Below are positions 1-12,854 of a stretch of 64,000 bases of DNA, piece by piece. How positions within the stretch are numbered: position 1 is the first letter of the stretch; each line of letters opens with the position of its first letter. Position numbers and translations under genes: made by a program. The notes beneath the pieces were generated by a model. The model did no database searches. It saw nothing but the letters and a program-made list of their open reading frames with translations, and was not told the DNA's origin. Source of the stretch: Plasmodiophora brassicae (lineage: Eukaryota); NCBI GenBank assembly GCA_036867785.1, contig CP145409.1:1922001-1986000 (forward strand). Direction: 5' to 3'.

Positions 1-2
1 TC

Positions 3-953
3 GATTCCGTCACCGCACTTCGAATTGTCACCGGCAACGGCGCTGTTCACGATGTCGGCCCAGACGACGACCTGTTCCGAGCGGCGTTAGGCGGCCTGGG
101 TCAGTTCGGCGTCATCCTTCGCGTTCGGCTTCGCGTTGCACCTCGACCGGCCCGCGCCCGCCTTCATCGCTGCGTCACCACGCTGGACGGGTACCTTCGT
201 GCCGACTACTCATCGGCGACGCTGCACAACGTGCAGACGTTCCCGCGCCTGAATCAACCCGGGACGTTCGTTAATCTGGAATCCGCATTCGCTGACTTCC
301 CTCATGATCGATATCCGGACGCCTGGCTCTTCCTACACGAGTACGTCTCGTTCTACAACGATGGTGCGGGCAATGACGGTGCCGGGACAGTGCTCCGGGA
401 CGAAGACGTTCTCGCCAAGTACGTTCGCGACGTGTCATACGACGAATGGGTGTTCCGCCTCGACGACAAGTTCGGCCGCCGGGCACCGCACGTTGACGAG
501 ACGCCACTGTATCGGCCGTGGTTCGAGGCGTTCATCGGGGGCCAGGATGCCGTCGAGTTTATCGATCGGGAAGTGCTTCGCAACGTCACCGCCGACGATA
601 ACCCATCGGGGTCGCTGATGATCACTTACCCAGTATCGTCGATGAGGTCGGTGAACAGCGACTCCATCTCGTTCCCGGATGGGTTCTCGTCGGGTATCTA
701 CTTCGGATGGCTTCGCGTGACGCCCGACAAAGAGCAAGCGAAGCGGTTCCGACTGCAGGACGATGCCCGGCGCGTGAGGTTCCAGGAGCGATCGCGCGGG
801 TACCTGAGCAGCGCCATGCCGCGTTCCGTTGAACAATGGCGCCTGTACCTGGGCGAAGACCGTCTCGTGCGTCTGCGTCTCTTGGCTGATCGCCACGACG
901 CCCGTCATCGGTTCTCCTGGCGAATGTTTAAAGGACAAGACATACGGGACTGA
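3..953 (+). CDS. Cytokinin dehydrogenase-like FAD-linked oxidase (5' truncated by window edge)
   Basis: Open frame from base 3 reads DSVTALRIVTGNG...DLFRAALGGLGQFGVILRVRL, the FAD-binding_4 C-terminal motif as in CKX (LF.AVLGGLGQFGIITRARI). Then RPWFEAFI, GSLMITYP and QWRLYLG...DRHDARH, which parallel the CKX substrate-binding domain (HPWLNLF, GP.LVYP, W..HFG...YDP). Confidence 0.7.
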   Translation, partial: DSVTALRIVTGNGAVHDVGPDDDLFRAALGGLGQFGVILRVRLRVAPRPARARLHRCVTTLDGYLRADYSSATLHNVQTFPRLNQPGTFVNLESAFADFPHDRYPDAWLFLHEYVSFYNDGAGNDGAGTVLRDEDVLAKYVRDVSYDEWVFRLDDKFGRRAPHVDETPLYRPWFEAFIGGQDAVEFIDREVLRNVTADDNPSGSLMITYPVSSMRSVNSDSISFPDGFSSGIYFGWLRVTPDKEQAKRFRLQDDARRVRFQERSRGYLSSAMPRSVEQWRLYLGEDRLVRLRLLADRHDARHRFSWRMFKGQDIRD

Positions 954-1658
954 CGGGATCTCTGCTGGGTCATATTTGAAATAACGAGGGTTCATGGCAA
1001 TACATGGCTATTGTCCTTCGATTACCGCGTCGTCGCAGGCTTGTTGGCTCCCGGCACAGGTCGTCGAGCGTGTACGTCGGAGTGGCAATCGAATTGAACA
1101 GATCCGCAGACGGCGCAGGATGCCTCTGCACAGGTGCTACAGGTTGGGTGAGATCAGCAAAGGGGGTCACTAGGCGGCATTCCTGTGGCCCGCCCGGCTG
1201 CTGAACGTGGCGCGTGCAAAGGCTCGAGTAGCGACTGGGTCCCATTCGGAAGTAATGCCGGCGAAATTGCCAAATTCTTGGACAGCGATGGAGGGCCACT
1301 GGCGGGTGGCTGCCGTCGACGCCCCCGACAATGAAGCAGACAGAACGGAAAATGCGTCTTCGAACGCTGGTTCGATGGGCGCCTGCCGCAGCCCACGATT
1401 ACGTACAGCAGGGGAGTTTAGCGGCACGACCATACCGCTGGGTTGGCCTCGTGCATGGAAGACAGCTATTTGTTGCGTTGCTTATTGTATCTACATACAG
1501 CAGAGCTACCCGTATGATATCTGAACAACGCAGACATGTGGATTAGGGCACACAACTGTTGCATTTATTAGAGGAGCAGGCCGAGGAACCGGGAAAAAAA
1601 GATGGCCTAGCTCATGGGGATTTTCTTTGGACAATAAACGAGGTGGAGGCGAACGCAA

Positions 1659-3118
<1,460 letters not shown>

Positions 3119-3648
3119 GGCTGTTAGTAGCGATGTCGGGGCGCGCTGGTTCTAACGTTGGCGGACGCGAGCGGCGGCTGTCCTCTCCGACGACGACCAC
3201 GAGCGCGGAAATAACACAATGAGATTGTGACTGGCGGCGCCGGATCACCGTGGGGCGACCTGTGGTACGCCCCCGACCTCGGATAATCCTCGGACATGGC
3301 GGCGTACCGGGGAGAAATTGCCCGCGGCGAAATCCAGGGCGTCAGCAGCGCACTGACGGGGTGTGCCGCGGGGGTTGCGCTGCGGACACCGTGGGCCGCG
3401 CGCGCGCGCTTTTCCCAAGGGCGCGCCAACCAAATATGGTTTGAGTCGTCCCCCCCGCCGGTCTTTCCGCCCCCCGCTCCGCCTCTGCAGCGCCACACCA
3501 CCCGTCGCAGTGATGCTCTCGATTCCCGTGGTCCATGGCTGACTGGCCAGTGTACATTTGATAAACGTGACGACTGGGGGAACAAACAAATCGGATTTTA
3601 TGGGTCGTATTGGTGGCTGGTGGGACTTTGTTGCAGGGAATATGACAA

Positions 3649-5105
3649 TCAGGCGTCTTCCTCTTCGGCATCTTCGTCTTCGAATTCCTCTTCCTCGGCT
3701 GTTGCGTCCTGGTACTGCTGGTACTCGGACACCAGGTCGTTCATGTTGGATTCGGCTTCGGTCTGCGAAATTCCATCGTTACATTTTTCACCATCACCGA
3801 ATAAAACTGAACGCATCTTACGAATTCCATTTCGTCCATGCCTTCACCCGTATACCAGTGAAGAAACGCCTTGCGCCGAAACATAGATGTAAATTGCTCA
3901 GCAACGCGTTTGAACATTTCTTGGATGGCGGTCGAGTTGCCGATGAACGTCGTGGACATCTTCAGCCCCTTCGGCGGGATGTCGCATACCGACGACTTGA
4001 TGTTGTTCGGGATCCACTCGACGAAGTACGACGAGTTCTTGTTCTGAACGTTCAGCATCTGCTCATCGACCTCCTTGGTGGACATACGCCCACGGAACAT
4101 GGCCGAACAAGTCAGGTATCGCCCATGGCGTGGATCAACGGCACACATCATGTTCTTCGAGTCGAACATCTGCTGCGTCAGCTCGGGGACGGTCAGAGCC
4201 CGGTACTGCTGCGATCCACGCGACGTCAGCGGGGCGAAACCGATCATGAAGAAGTGCAGACGGGGGAACGGGATCAGGTTGACGGCCAGCTTGCGCAGGT
4301 CGGCGTTCAGCTGACCAGGGAAACGCAGGCAGCAGGTGATACCGGACATGGCGGCCGAGACCAGGTGGTTCAAATCACCGTACGTGGGCGTCGTCAACTT
4401 CAGGGTTCGGAAGCAGATGTCGTACAGAGCTTCGTTGTCAATGACGAACGACTCATCGGAGTTCTCGACGAGCTGATGGACGGACAGGGTGGCGTTGTAC
4501 GGCTCAACGACGGTGTCGGAGACCTTGGGGGATGGGAACACGGAGAACGTGGCCATCATGCGGTCGGGGTATTCCTCTCGGATCTTGGAGATGAGCAGGG
4601 TGCCCATGCCGGAGCCGGTTCCTCCACCCAGCGAATGCGTAATCTGGAACCCTTGCAGGCAATCGCAGCCTTCCGCCTCCTTGCGAACAGTGTCCAGGAC
4701 AGAATCGATCAGTTCAGCGCCTTCGGTGTAATGGCCCTTGGCCCAGTTGTTGCCGGCACCGCTCTGGCCGAAGACAAAGTTGTCGGGGCGGAACAGCTGT
4801 CCGAACGGCCCGGCGCGAACCGAATCCATCGTGCCGGGCTCCAGGTCGAGCAGGATGGCGCGCGGGACGTATCGGCCACCGGTCGCCTCATTAAAGTAGA
4901 CGTTGATGCGCTCGAGCTGGAGGTCGGAGTCCCCGTGGTACGAGCCGGTCGGATCGATGCCATGCTCGTCGGAGATGACCTCCCAGAACTTTGACCCGAT
5001 CTGGTTGCCACACTGCATACCGAGGGCTGTCAGCATTGCGGGCGCATGACTGGCAAGTGACGCGACACATACCTGGCCGGCCTGGATATGGACGATTTCA
5101 CGCAT
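3649..5105 (-). CDS. TUBB: Beta-tubulin, copy 2 (introns 5013-5072 and 3763-3821)
   Basis: Same motifs and same two intron positions as copy 1; only a few amino-acid differences. Confidence 0.98.
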
Positions 5106-5445
5106 GACTAGCTGCTATAACTCTGGCGACGTGCTCTTAACCGAACGGTAGATGGCTGGTGGCACTGGATCGATCTCGTCTTATGAGACGAGAGAACGTC
5201 GATCGAGCACCTCACCCTCACAATATCTCGCTCTCGGACACGACTCGGATTCAGTAAGATCCCCAGGAAATCACCAGCACCCACCGCATGCCATCCCGAT
5301 CGACTCATATCTTTCAGATATTTCTAGAAATGTCAGCACAATTATCTGGCGCAGTACCTTTCGTCGAAATGCCCATAAAATCTGGGTACACTGGAACCTC
5401 GACTGGGTAAAGCGCTGAACGTAATTTAAGGCTTTAGTTCCAAGA

Positions 5446-6797
5446 CTAGAACTTGAAAACGTTCTCCGCGCTGTAGCCAATAGACTGGAGAACTCCTGAT
5501 AATTCGCCTTGTGAGAAATCCTTCGCCTTCTCGCCCGAAATGGCTTTCATCATTGGAGGTGGACCTACGAAACATAGACAATGTAATGTCCACACCTGTC
5601 GAATATCAAAACTAAGAACTAACCGCAAACAAGAATCTGCGATTTGGGATCTGGACCAGGAAGGTACTTCTCAATGAGTTCCTTCGTCACATGCCCAACA
5701 TCGCCTTCCCATTCGCCTTCCGCCTACAGTACGACTATGAATTGGTTGCGACTCCTTTACATGAATACTATGGGGCACCTTGTCGACAACGTAATGAAGG
5801 GTGAATCGTTCTCGGAACAATATGGACATGCGGTCCAGGCGGTCTTTCAAAAGAATGTCTTCCTTTGACTTGTTCGCGAATATCAGCACAAACTTCGTAT
5901 GATCGTTCGCGCAATTCGTGAGAGCATGATCCAGGATCTGAAGCATTGGCGTGATGCCAGTGCCTCCTGCGATCATACCAATTTCTTTGTACTTGTTCGG
6001 CTTATATTCGAATTTGACAATGGGGCCCTTGACTTCGATAAACTCGTGGGGTTTCATGGTGCTGACGTGCTTGCTGATCTTGCCCTCAGGATAGCTCTGG
6101 ATGAAATCTGTCAGAAGCGCGTACTGTACAGCTTCACAGGCAGCAATGCCAACCTTGATCATCAAATCGAAATGCCCGTGCGTCCTATTCGTCGAAATTG
6201 GCGTATACGGCCGTACGACATCTTTGCCATTCACATTGGTTCTGCCGATTCAGTCGGTCGATCAGGCACGTTACACATGCGTGGATTGCACGTCAGACCG
6301 AAGCAGAATAAAGCTAGCAACAGGAAGGTTCAGAGGCGTGTTGGATTTCTCCAAATTGAACCGGTAAATGTTCGTATCGTGGTTCACTGGCAGGACCTGC
6401 GCTAGTTTGAACGGACGGAATTCTGAGGGCGACAAACTCGCCGACGAGAGCGGCGCGCCTTCGTTATCGATATCTTGCATGCCCACATACTTTCGCATGA
6501 GGAAGAACTGGAAACCCGGCATGGTTAGAGAGTTGACGATGGTCAAGCTCCGAGTTCACCGCTTACACATGCAATCCCGGACGCAATAATGAACGCGTGC
6601 GCCTTGTTGGCTGATCGACGAACAGCATCCTCGATCGCGGCTTTGCGCGACTGTTGCTCGGTGATGTCTGCGGTAGTCAGCGCGCGAGGCGCCTGCTCCG
6701 CAAACAGCCGGCGGCCGACGGCAAGACGCACACGCGCCGCCCCAATCGCGGACAGGGTTCCGGCTCCACCCGACCCGCCGCGCCACAAGCGCAACAT
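5446..6797 (-). CDS. NADH-cytochrome b5 reductase (mitochondrial MCR1-like), multi-exon
   Basis: VVRPYTP, YPEGKIS, GMIAGGTGITPMLQ, FANKSKEDILL, VGPPPMMKAISGEK, QGELSGVL...VFKF*. Arg-rich N-terminal presequence MLRLWRGG. Start codon approximate. Confidence 0.9.
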
Positions 6798-7491
6798 CTC
6801 CCTGTCGCCGCTGCTACCCCAACCCACTACACTACGGAAATGACGGGCCACGGCGCCGGTCCCCCCAATTTAAAAAATTCCACATGTACCTACAAAACAG
6901 GACGGACGAATTCGTCAACGCGTTTGACAAATTCTCTTCATATCGTTCCATCGATCAGTGCGTCTTCTGGTGACCACGTTGAGTGACAGGGCGCGACGCC
7001 AACAGCTGCTTGGCCGTGTCGACGTGGGTCGGGGGACGCTGTGGAACCAGCCACGACAGGATACCTGCCAGTTTCTGTTTCGACGACGACCCGGACTGCA
7101 GCATGTTCAGAGACATGTGACAGAGCGGCCCGACGTACAGGCCTAACCCCATAAGGATATGCCGGCGTGGAGTTTCTGTCGCCTTCCATCAGCGGCTGAC
7201 CTTCGGCGTCGCCATCTCGGGCGGGCGCAGACCGACCGCTCCAGAATGCACGATCTGCGAAATCTGCCATTGCATCGCGTTGTCAGCAACCGATATCAGT
7301 GATCGGGCCGAATGTGCAGGAACTTACGGAAGAATCCCTCGCCGCCTTTCATACTTGCAGCAGCCTCAACCTCGTCGGCCGCAATGCTGTACGCCGCAGC
7401 ACAGTACGTGCTCGATCGGCTGATATCGAACAGGTACCAATTGATCGGATCGTATCTCAGACTGAATTCTGGGGACAGAAGGTGACGTCGG

Positions 7492-8601
7492 CTATATATT
7501 CCTTAGCGAGACTTTCTTCCACATGAGGTTCGTTATCTTGTCCGATCGCAGAAAGCATACCTAACCTGTCGTGAGTCTCAGCGGCAGGCGGGAAAATCGC
7601 ACGAACCTCCTTTGGTCCCAATACAGGTGATGAGAAGCTCGGGCCAGGGGCGTATGGGTACTTGCACTTAAATGCGGTTTCCAGGGTCTTGACCGGCTGC
7701 CAGTCCTTGTCGACCATTTCATGAACCAGATTCCACGAGCCTGCAGATTCAAGTGTAAGACCGACGTGGCGCAAGTAGGGACACGCAAAGTACCTCCATT
7801 AGCACCGTCCGTCCGGTCTAGGTACAACTGAAGGCGCACAGACTTCCGGTCAGGTTGGGTTCGTACGATGAATTTCATGCCAATGAAACTGTCAGTGAAA
7901 TCCTTCTTGTTGACGGCAACCCCTCGCTTGGACGCGCTCTATAACGTGTTCTCGTCAGCGATCGATGCTGCTTTGCGGAAGCGACTGACGACAGGTGACA
8001 TATATGGCAGATCCTTGGCGAGTATGGCAGAACTCCTTCTGGAACGCAACCTGGCCCGTTCCGAAATACAATCTGCAGTAGTAACCGTGCGCTGAACATG
8101 GATCCTCCTTGTATCCTGCTTCACTTAACGTCGACGGTAATGCGATGCTGTTTGTGGACGCGTACGATGGTGGTTCGTTCTTGCGACAAGCGTAATCCCG
8201 CTGTATGATACACCTTCGTCAGCGCCAGCATTCCTTGCGTAAGCAGTGAACTCGACATCCTCCCACAGCGTCTTCTTGCTGTGGATGTAGTACCTCGGGG
8301 ACCCTATCTGGAATTCGTTATTTGCTCGAAAGCGCGCGTGCACGCATCGTGACCTTGCATTGTGAGCATGCCATTCGCAATCGACATAGTGCCGCTGCCT
8401 CGCATACTGCCAAGTTCGTATCCCGAATCCGTCCCCGTTTTCTTCAGGACCCTCGACTTTGCCCATGCCGTGTCAGACCAGAACTCGCCGCCTCGCGATG
8501 ACGTCGGGAACAGCTGCGCTATCCCATCGCGGCCCTGGCAGTCATCTGTCACCCGTCGCACAACCCCAGTTCAACCACGACACCCGTACTGTTAGAGGCA
8601 T
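7492..8601 (-). CDS. Uncharacterised prokaryote-like beta-strand-rich protein (possible carbohydrate-active/polysaccharide-lyase-like fold), about 7 exons
   Basis: Manual GT-AG splicing (e.g. introns 8304-8353 and 8116-8165) gives a continuous frame: GRDGIAQLFPTSSRGGEFW...SPRYY...WEDVEFTAY...ARTNHHRYKEDPCSAHGYYCRLY...FQKEFCH...FIGMKFIV...VRLQLYLD...WNLVHEMVD...FLRSD...WKKVSLRNI*. Start (MPLT) is tentative. Confidence 0.7.
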
Positions 8602-9356
8602 CGCTGGGCAATGAACATCATCACGCAACGCACATGAATGTTTGACCACACAGCACGTGGCAAAACGGAACACGAAAATGTGAATGCGGCTGATCGGTTT
8701 TACGAGTTGACGTGCCGGCGAGAGTATTCGGTTTGTCTGCCACTGCAACCTTGGCGCCGTAGGCCTATTTCCTGTACCACAGCACAGGGCAGTCATGTGT
8801 TGCCAGGTGGTTGCCAGCTTTCGTGGCGCTACACACCGACACACCTTGGTACGACACCTTTGCCAGCACACTTATCCGGTTCAAGCGCCAGGACGTCCGC
8901 TTACAGGTACCACAGGTCGGGTGAAGAATGGTCTCAGTGACAGTATGAGACTGACTTGCTGTTGATATGGCGTGTCCGAATGCAGGATTGATCAGTGTGC
9001 AAGACCACCCTGGACGTCCGCCGTCTAGCCTACCGACCGGCGGCCATCTGCCATTTAACATACAGAATGTCTGGTTGATGACATCGGCAGTCGCCAATGT
9101 CTGATTTCGCAGTCTCCCTCCTTTAGTGCGATTCGTCACTATTTTACAAGGACTAGTTGCGAAATGCTCTGTTCATCCTTATCTGCAGCGGCTTGTCGCT
9201 CTGCATCAACACTTGAGCAAGTCGGTGACGCTATCAACGGCTTGCCCCAGAATCGACGGGGGCCTCACGTTGCTGTAGGAAGATGTAACAGTTCGCACGA
9301 ACCTGTATGCATTGGCGACAATGAAACCAGATATTTACGTCTAGTATCTTCCACCC

Positions 9357-9911
9357 ATGTCGTTGCTACCAGAGCTTGTGGAAGACCAGTTACCACTGAC
9401 GATGGAACTTATGTACCCGCCATCGGACTGGCCCTTGCCAAGCTCTGGCGGTATTGCTGCAGCCGGACGGACCACTCTGGTCTCGTACTCGCATCGAGCG
9501 CACCCGCAAAGCTGGATGACTCAGGCATCAACCAGTTCGGTGTTACGAGAGAAGCTAGCGGCTGTGCAACGCGTTCAGCAACACGAAATGGAGGCACTGC
9601 TGACGGATTTCACTTCAACCGCTGAGGACTGGCTATCACTAGCTGCAAAACACCAATCGGAAGCGGTCACAACGCTCGCTGCCCTGGAGGGCGGTGATGA
9701 GGCAGCTGCCCTTGACGTTCTCACGCGAATCCTAACGCCAGAACGCGCCGCAGCACCCGCAAGCACGACGGATGTCGCCGAACGCCAACGCCAGCGTGCT
9801 GCATGGTCCCGAATCCGGCAGGCTCGGATGCAGAGAGTCGCTAGGACTACCAGTGATGATGCTGCACAATCGGCAACAGAAATGCCAAATAGTAGTACTG
9901 TACAACATTAA
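9357..9911 (+). CDS. Hypothetical coiled-coil protein (may have upstream exons from about 9164)
   Basis: 184-aa ORF with a helical heptad-like segment (LREKLAAVQRVQQHEMEALL). No recognised domain. Confidence 0.45.
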   Translation: MSLLPELVEDQLPLTMELMYPPSDWPLPSSGGIAAAGRTTLVSYSHRAHPQSWMTQASTSSVLREKLAAVQRVQQHEMEALLTDFTSTAEDWLSLAAKHQSEAVTTLAALEGGDEAAALDVLTRILTPERAAAPASTTDVAERQRQRAAWSRIRQARMQRVARTTSDDAAQSATEMPNSSTVQH

Positions 9912-9961
9912 CAGCGGATGCCCTCCTACAAGGAATGGGTAGCCGAATAAAAAATAAGAAC

Positions 9962-10032
9962 TGCGCCTGCCGGGAATCGAACCCGGACCAAGTCGTTGGC
10001 AACGACCCATTGTACCATTCAACCACAGGCGC
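9962..10032 (-). tRNA. tRNA-Gly (GCC)
   Basis: Minus strand GCGCCTG...TGGT...GGTCG-TTGCCAA-CGACT...GGTTCGATTCC...CAGGCGC-A. The 7-bp acceptor stem pairs, the T-loop is GTTCGA, and a T-rich Pol III terminator follows. Confidence 0.95.
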
Positions 10033-10191
10033 AACCTGTGCTGTCATCCGCTGGATGTAGAGGATTCTGATTCGTAATCTTCGACACGTCAGGTGCCCTT
10101 TGCCTCGCGAGCGAGTTTGTTTGCGTATTGTTACTGCCCGTTCAGAGGACGAAATTCATGTTCACGTATATTAACGTGGTCTAACGTTACG

Positions 10192-12693
10192 TCAAGTTGT
10201 AGGGATGCTGGTTATGACTGGAAGGCCGGTCTCCAGCGAGCAAGCGGTGATGAAGGCGGGTAGGCTCTGCGTCCTCCTCTGGCTCATGTCGTCATCCATA
10301 AGATCATTGGGCTCCGTGGACACCGGCTCGACAACGATTCTCGCGGTCTGTGGCGTCTGCAAAGATTGGGGAATGGGCCGGATCCTGTTCTGGGAGCGGA
10401 TCGGTGCCAGATATGGGTTAACAGGCGCCGGCAGATGTGTTAACAGATCCACAACCTGTTCCTTCCTTGAACGACCATCGACCCGCCCTGGTGTTGCCCA
10501 GTACGATAACGCTTTCGCACGACTGATCAATTGGGCTGTGGCCATTTCAACATCGGGCGTCGATGGGTGCCTGCACAATTCCCTCGACACGTTGCCCTCA
10601 TCCGTTCGCATTTTCTCCCTGACGGAACCGTAAGACTCGAATAGTCAATGAGATGAACGCCGCCGACCTGTAATCCTGTCCAGCAAATCGCACCGGGCCC
10701 TTGACGTGTTCCAGCGCCTGCAGCACCGCTCTCGTGGCGATCCGCAGCAAGGACTGAAGTGACGCTCGCGTTGACATCTCGCGAAGACGGACGTCTGACG
10801 TTCCAAGAAACAGTCTCCAGGGATCCGACCCCACTGTCTCGAATAGCGCCAGCTCCACCAGCAGGTCCTCCCTCATCGCAATCCATATGGCGCACTGTTA
10901 ATCACCCGTCATCAACAGGTTCCCAGCAATTTCGCCCGACCGCGTACCTCTTCCCACTGGCGCAGGATGACGTTGAGCAGGTCAGGTCTGACCGATGTGC
11001 CCAAGTACGTTTTGGACAGCAGCTGTCGGTCTTCATCGCTCGCCTGCAGGATTCCACAGAGGCGATCGACTCGCGCTTCAGGCGTGGGCAACTCTTCAGC
11101 GACAAGTTGCCTATATCGATCAGGTTGGTAGCGCTGCAGGAACACGTTCCGTTGTCGTAACGCGGACGGTTGCACCGCGGGCGATCTGCCTTCTCCCGCT
11201 GGTTTCCATGCCGGCCAGGACAATGTCGGTAACTTGACCGTTGGGCTGATATCCACGATTTCGGCAGGCGCAGACGCAGGCGCTGAAGCCATCGGCGTTC
11301 GGGATTGTTCCGGTGCTGTTACTGAAACGTCTTCTGGTGTGGGACGGGGCCGAGGCGCACGAGTCGTATCCGTTGTCACCTTCACAGAACGGGTCTGAAC
11401 TGGTACGTCAAACAAGCCCGGGGTTGAAACTACCTTGGCTGCTGTAGAAGAATTCAACAACTCCCGCGACACCCTATCAACGTTTGAACCCGTCCGCCGA
11501 TGACGGAGACGGAGACGTCGCCGGGCGCGCTCCAATAACATCCTCCCGAACTTCAGCGCCAAGGCCTGAGCAGACGCCAGCATGGGCACATCTTCGAAGT
11601 CTACAACAACGAAGTCAGTTAACGCAGCACGCAACATTGACGTAAGCGCCACCGTTATCGTCGTCGACGCGTTGTCGTGTGCGACGAACGGTAGCAGGTT
11701 TGAGGATGGTGGGCGCCCACTTCCAGAACTGCTGGTCGAACGACGCCTTGGGGTAGTCTTGGGTGATTTCCCCGACTAGGTCGTCGTTTGTCATCAGCAG
11801 GTAGTCGTTCCAGGCCCTATCCGAGCTCGACAAATTATCTTTGTCGCCATCAATGCCGTCCCCGGCTGCAAGGTCCCTGTCAACCGCTCCATCAGTACTA
11901 TCGCCAAACTGCTTTCGGACGACGAGAAAGACATTGGCAGAACTGCGGGTGTTGGTTCGTCACGAAGACCCTCGATGAACGTCTTCCGGATCTCGTAAGG
12001 TGGTACAGCTAGTTTGACTTCAGGTGGCGACATGATCAGCGACCCATCGAAGACGAGCGCGCTGCAGCGTAATGGTTCGTCGGCTGTCACTCAAGCGGTC
12101 AGCTACAATGTAATGCAATGAAAATAAAGGGCACAGACCGAAATTCCAAACAGGGAGAGAAGCACAGTCGGGCAGGACAGCAACGTTCTGAAACTTTTCG
12201 ATCTCCCTGATATGAGCCAGAGTTCGTGACCGCTCATGTTTGTTCTCGGGGTGGTCCACATCGGCAACAGTGTCTTCGTCGTCCGGTTTACAACCAATGT
12301 TGTAGTGCGCTGATGATGGGTTGTCTTCGGCGGTAGCGAACATGGGTTCCAGGTCTATGGATTCTTTGCTTGCTTGGCGAAACTGGCGACCCGTCGAGCG
12401 CGATTGCCGTTTCGGCCGCTTTTCACTGGTCCGATCCTCCAGCTGGGCGAGCAGCGCATCGTTCTACACGCGTAGTGGACTCAGTAACCTCCAACGGTGC
12501 GCACAGACGCCGCAGACCGAGGCATTTGTCGCAGACGAACGGCGCGAGCTTTTCGACATGCACAGGCGGCACTGTACGGTCGGTGTGCGCATGGCCCAAG
12601 ATATCTCGCCTACATAGTTCTTCGCCGTCAACCTGGCAGCGAATCGGCCTGGCAGCCCCTGTAACAACGAAGGTACGGATACTCAGTTCCATG
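10192..12693 (-). CDS. Hypothetical multi-exon protein with an N-terminal Cys/His cluster
   Basis: A run of consecutive minus-strand coding-like ORFs (10192-10611, 10598-10876, 10912-11652, 11615-11833, 11794-12090, 12020-12343, 12423-12693). The N-terminus has C..C..H.H..CDKC. Exon structure not fully resolved. Confidence 0.5.
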
Positions 12694-12854
12694 GCATCCG
12701 GTTGGAGTGCAGTCAGCAATGGCTCGTTCTGTCACTATTTTTAGGCCAGTGCGGCGCGAGCTACGGGGTTACCTGCCTACCGTACCCACCACTCCACGTT
12801 GCGGGGTAGCTGTCGTGGTGCCATTCGGCAATTGGTCATGTACTGGGATGACCG

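Noticed and set aside
970-1546. Short ORFs between the CKX-like gene and tubulin
   Set aside because: A small spliced gene is possible, but I found no motif or convincing model.
5013-5072. Apparent 20-aa insertion in beta-tubulin copy 2 (VCVASLASH...)
   Set aside because: It is a 60-nt stop-free GT-AG intron at the same position as the intron in copy 1.
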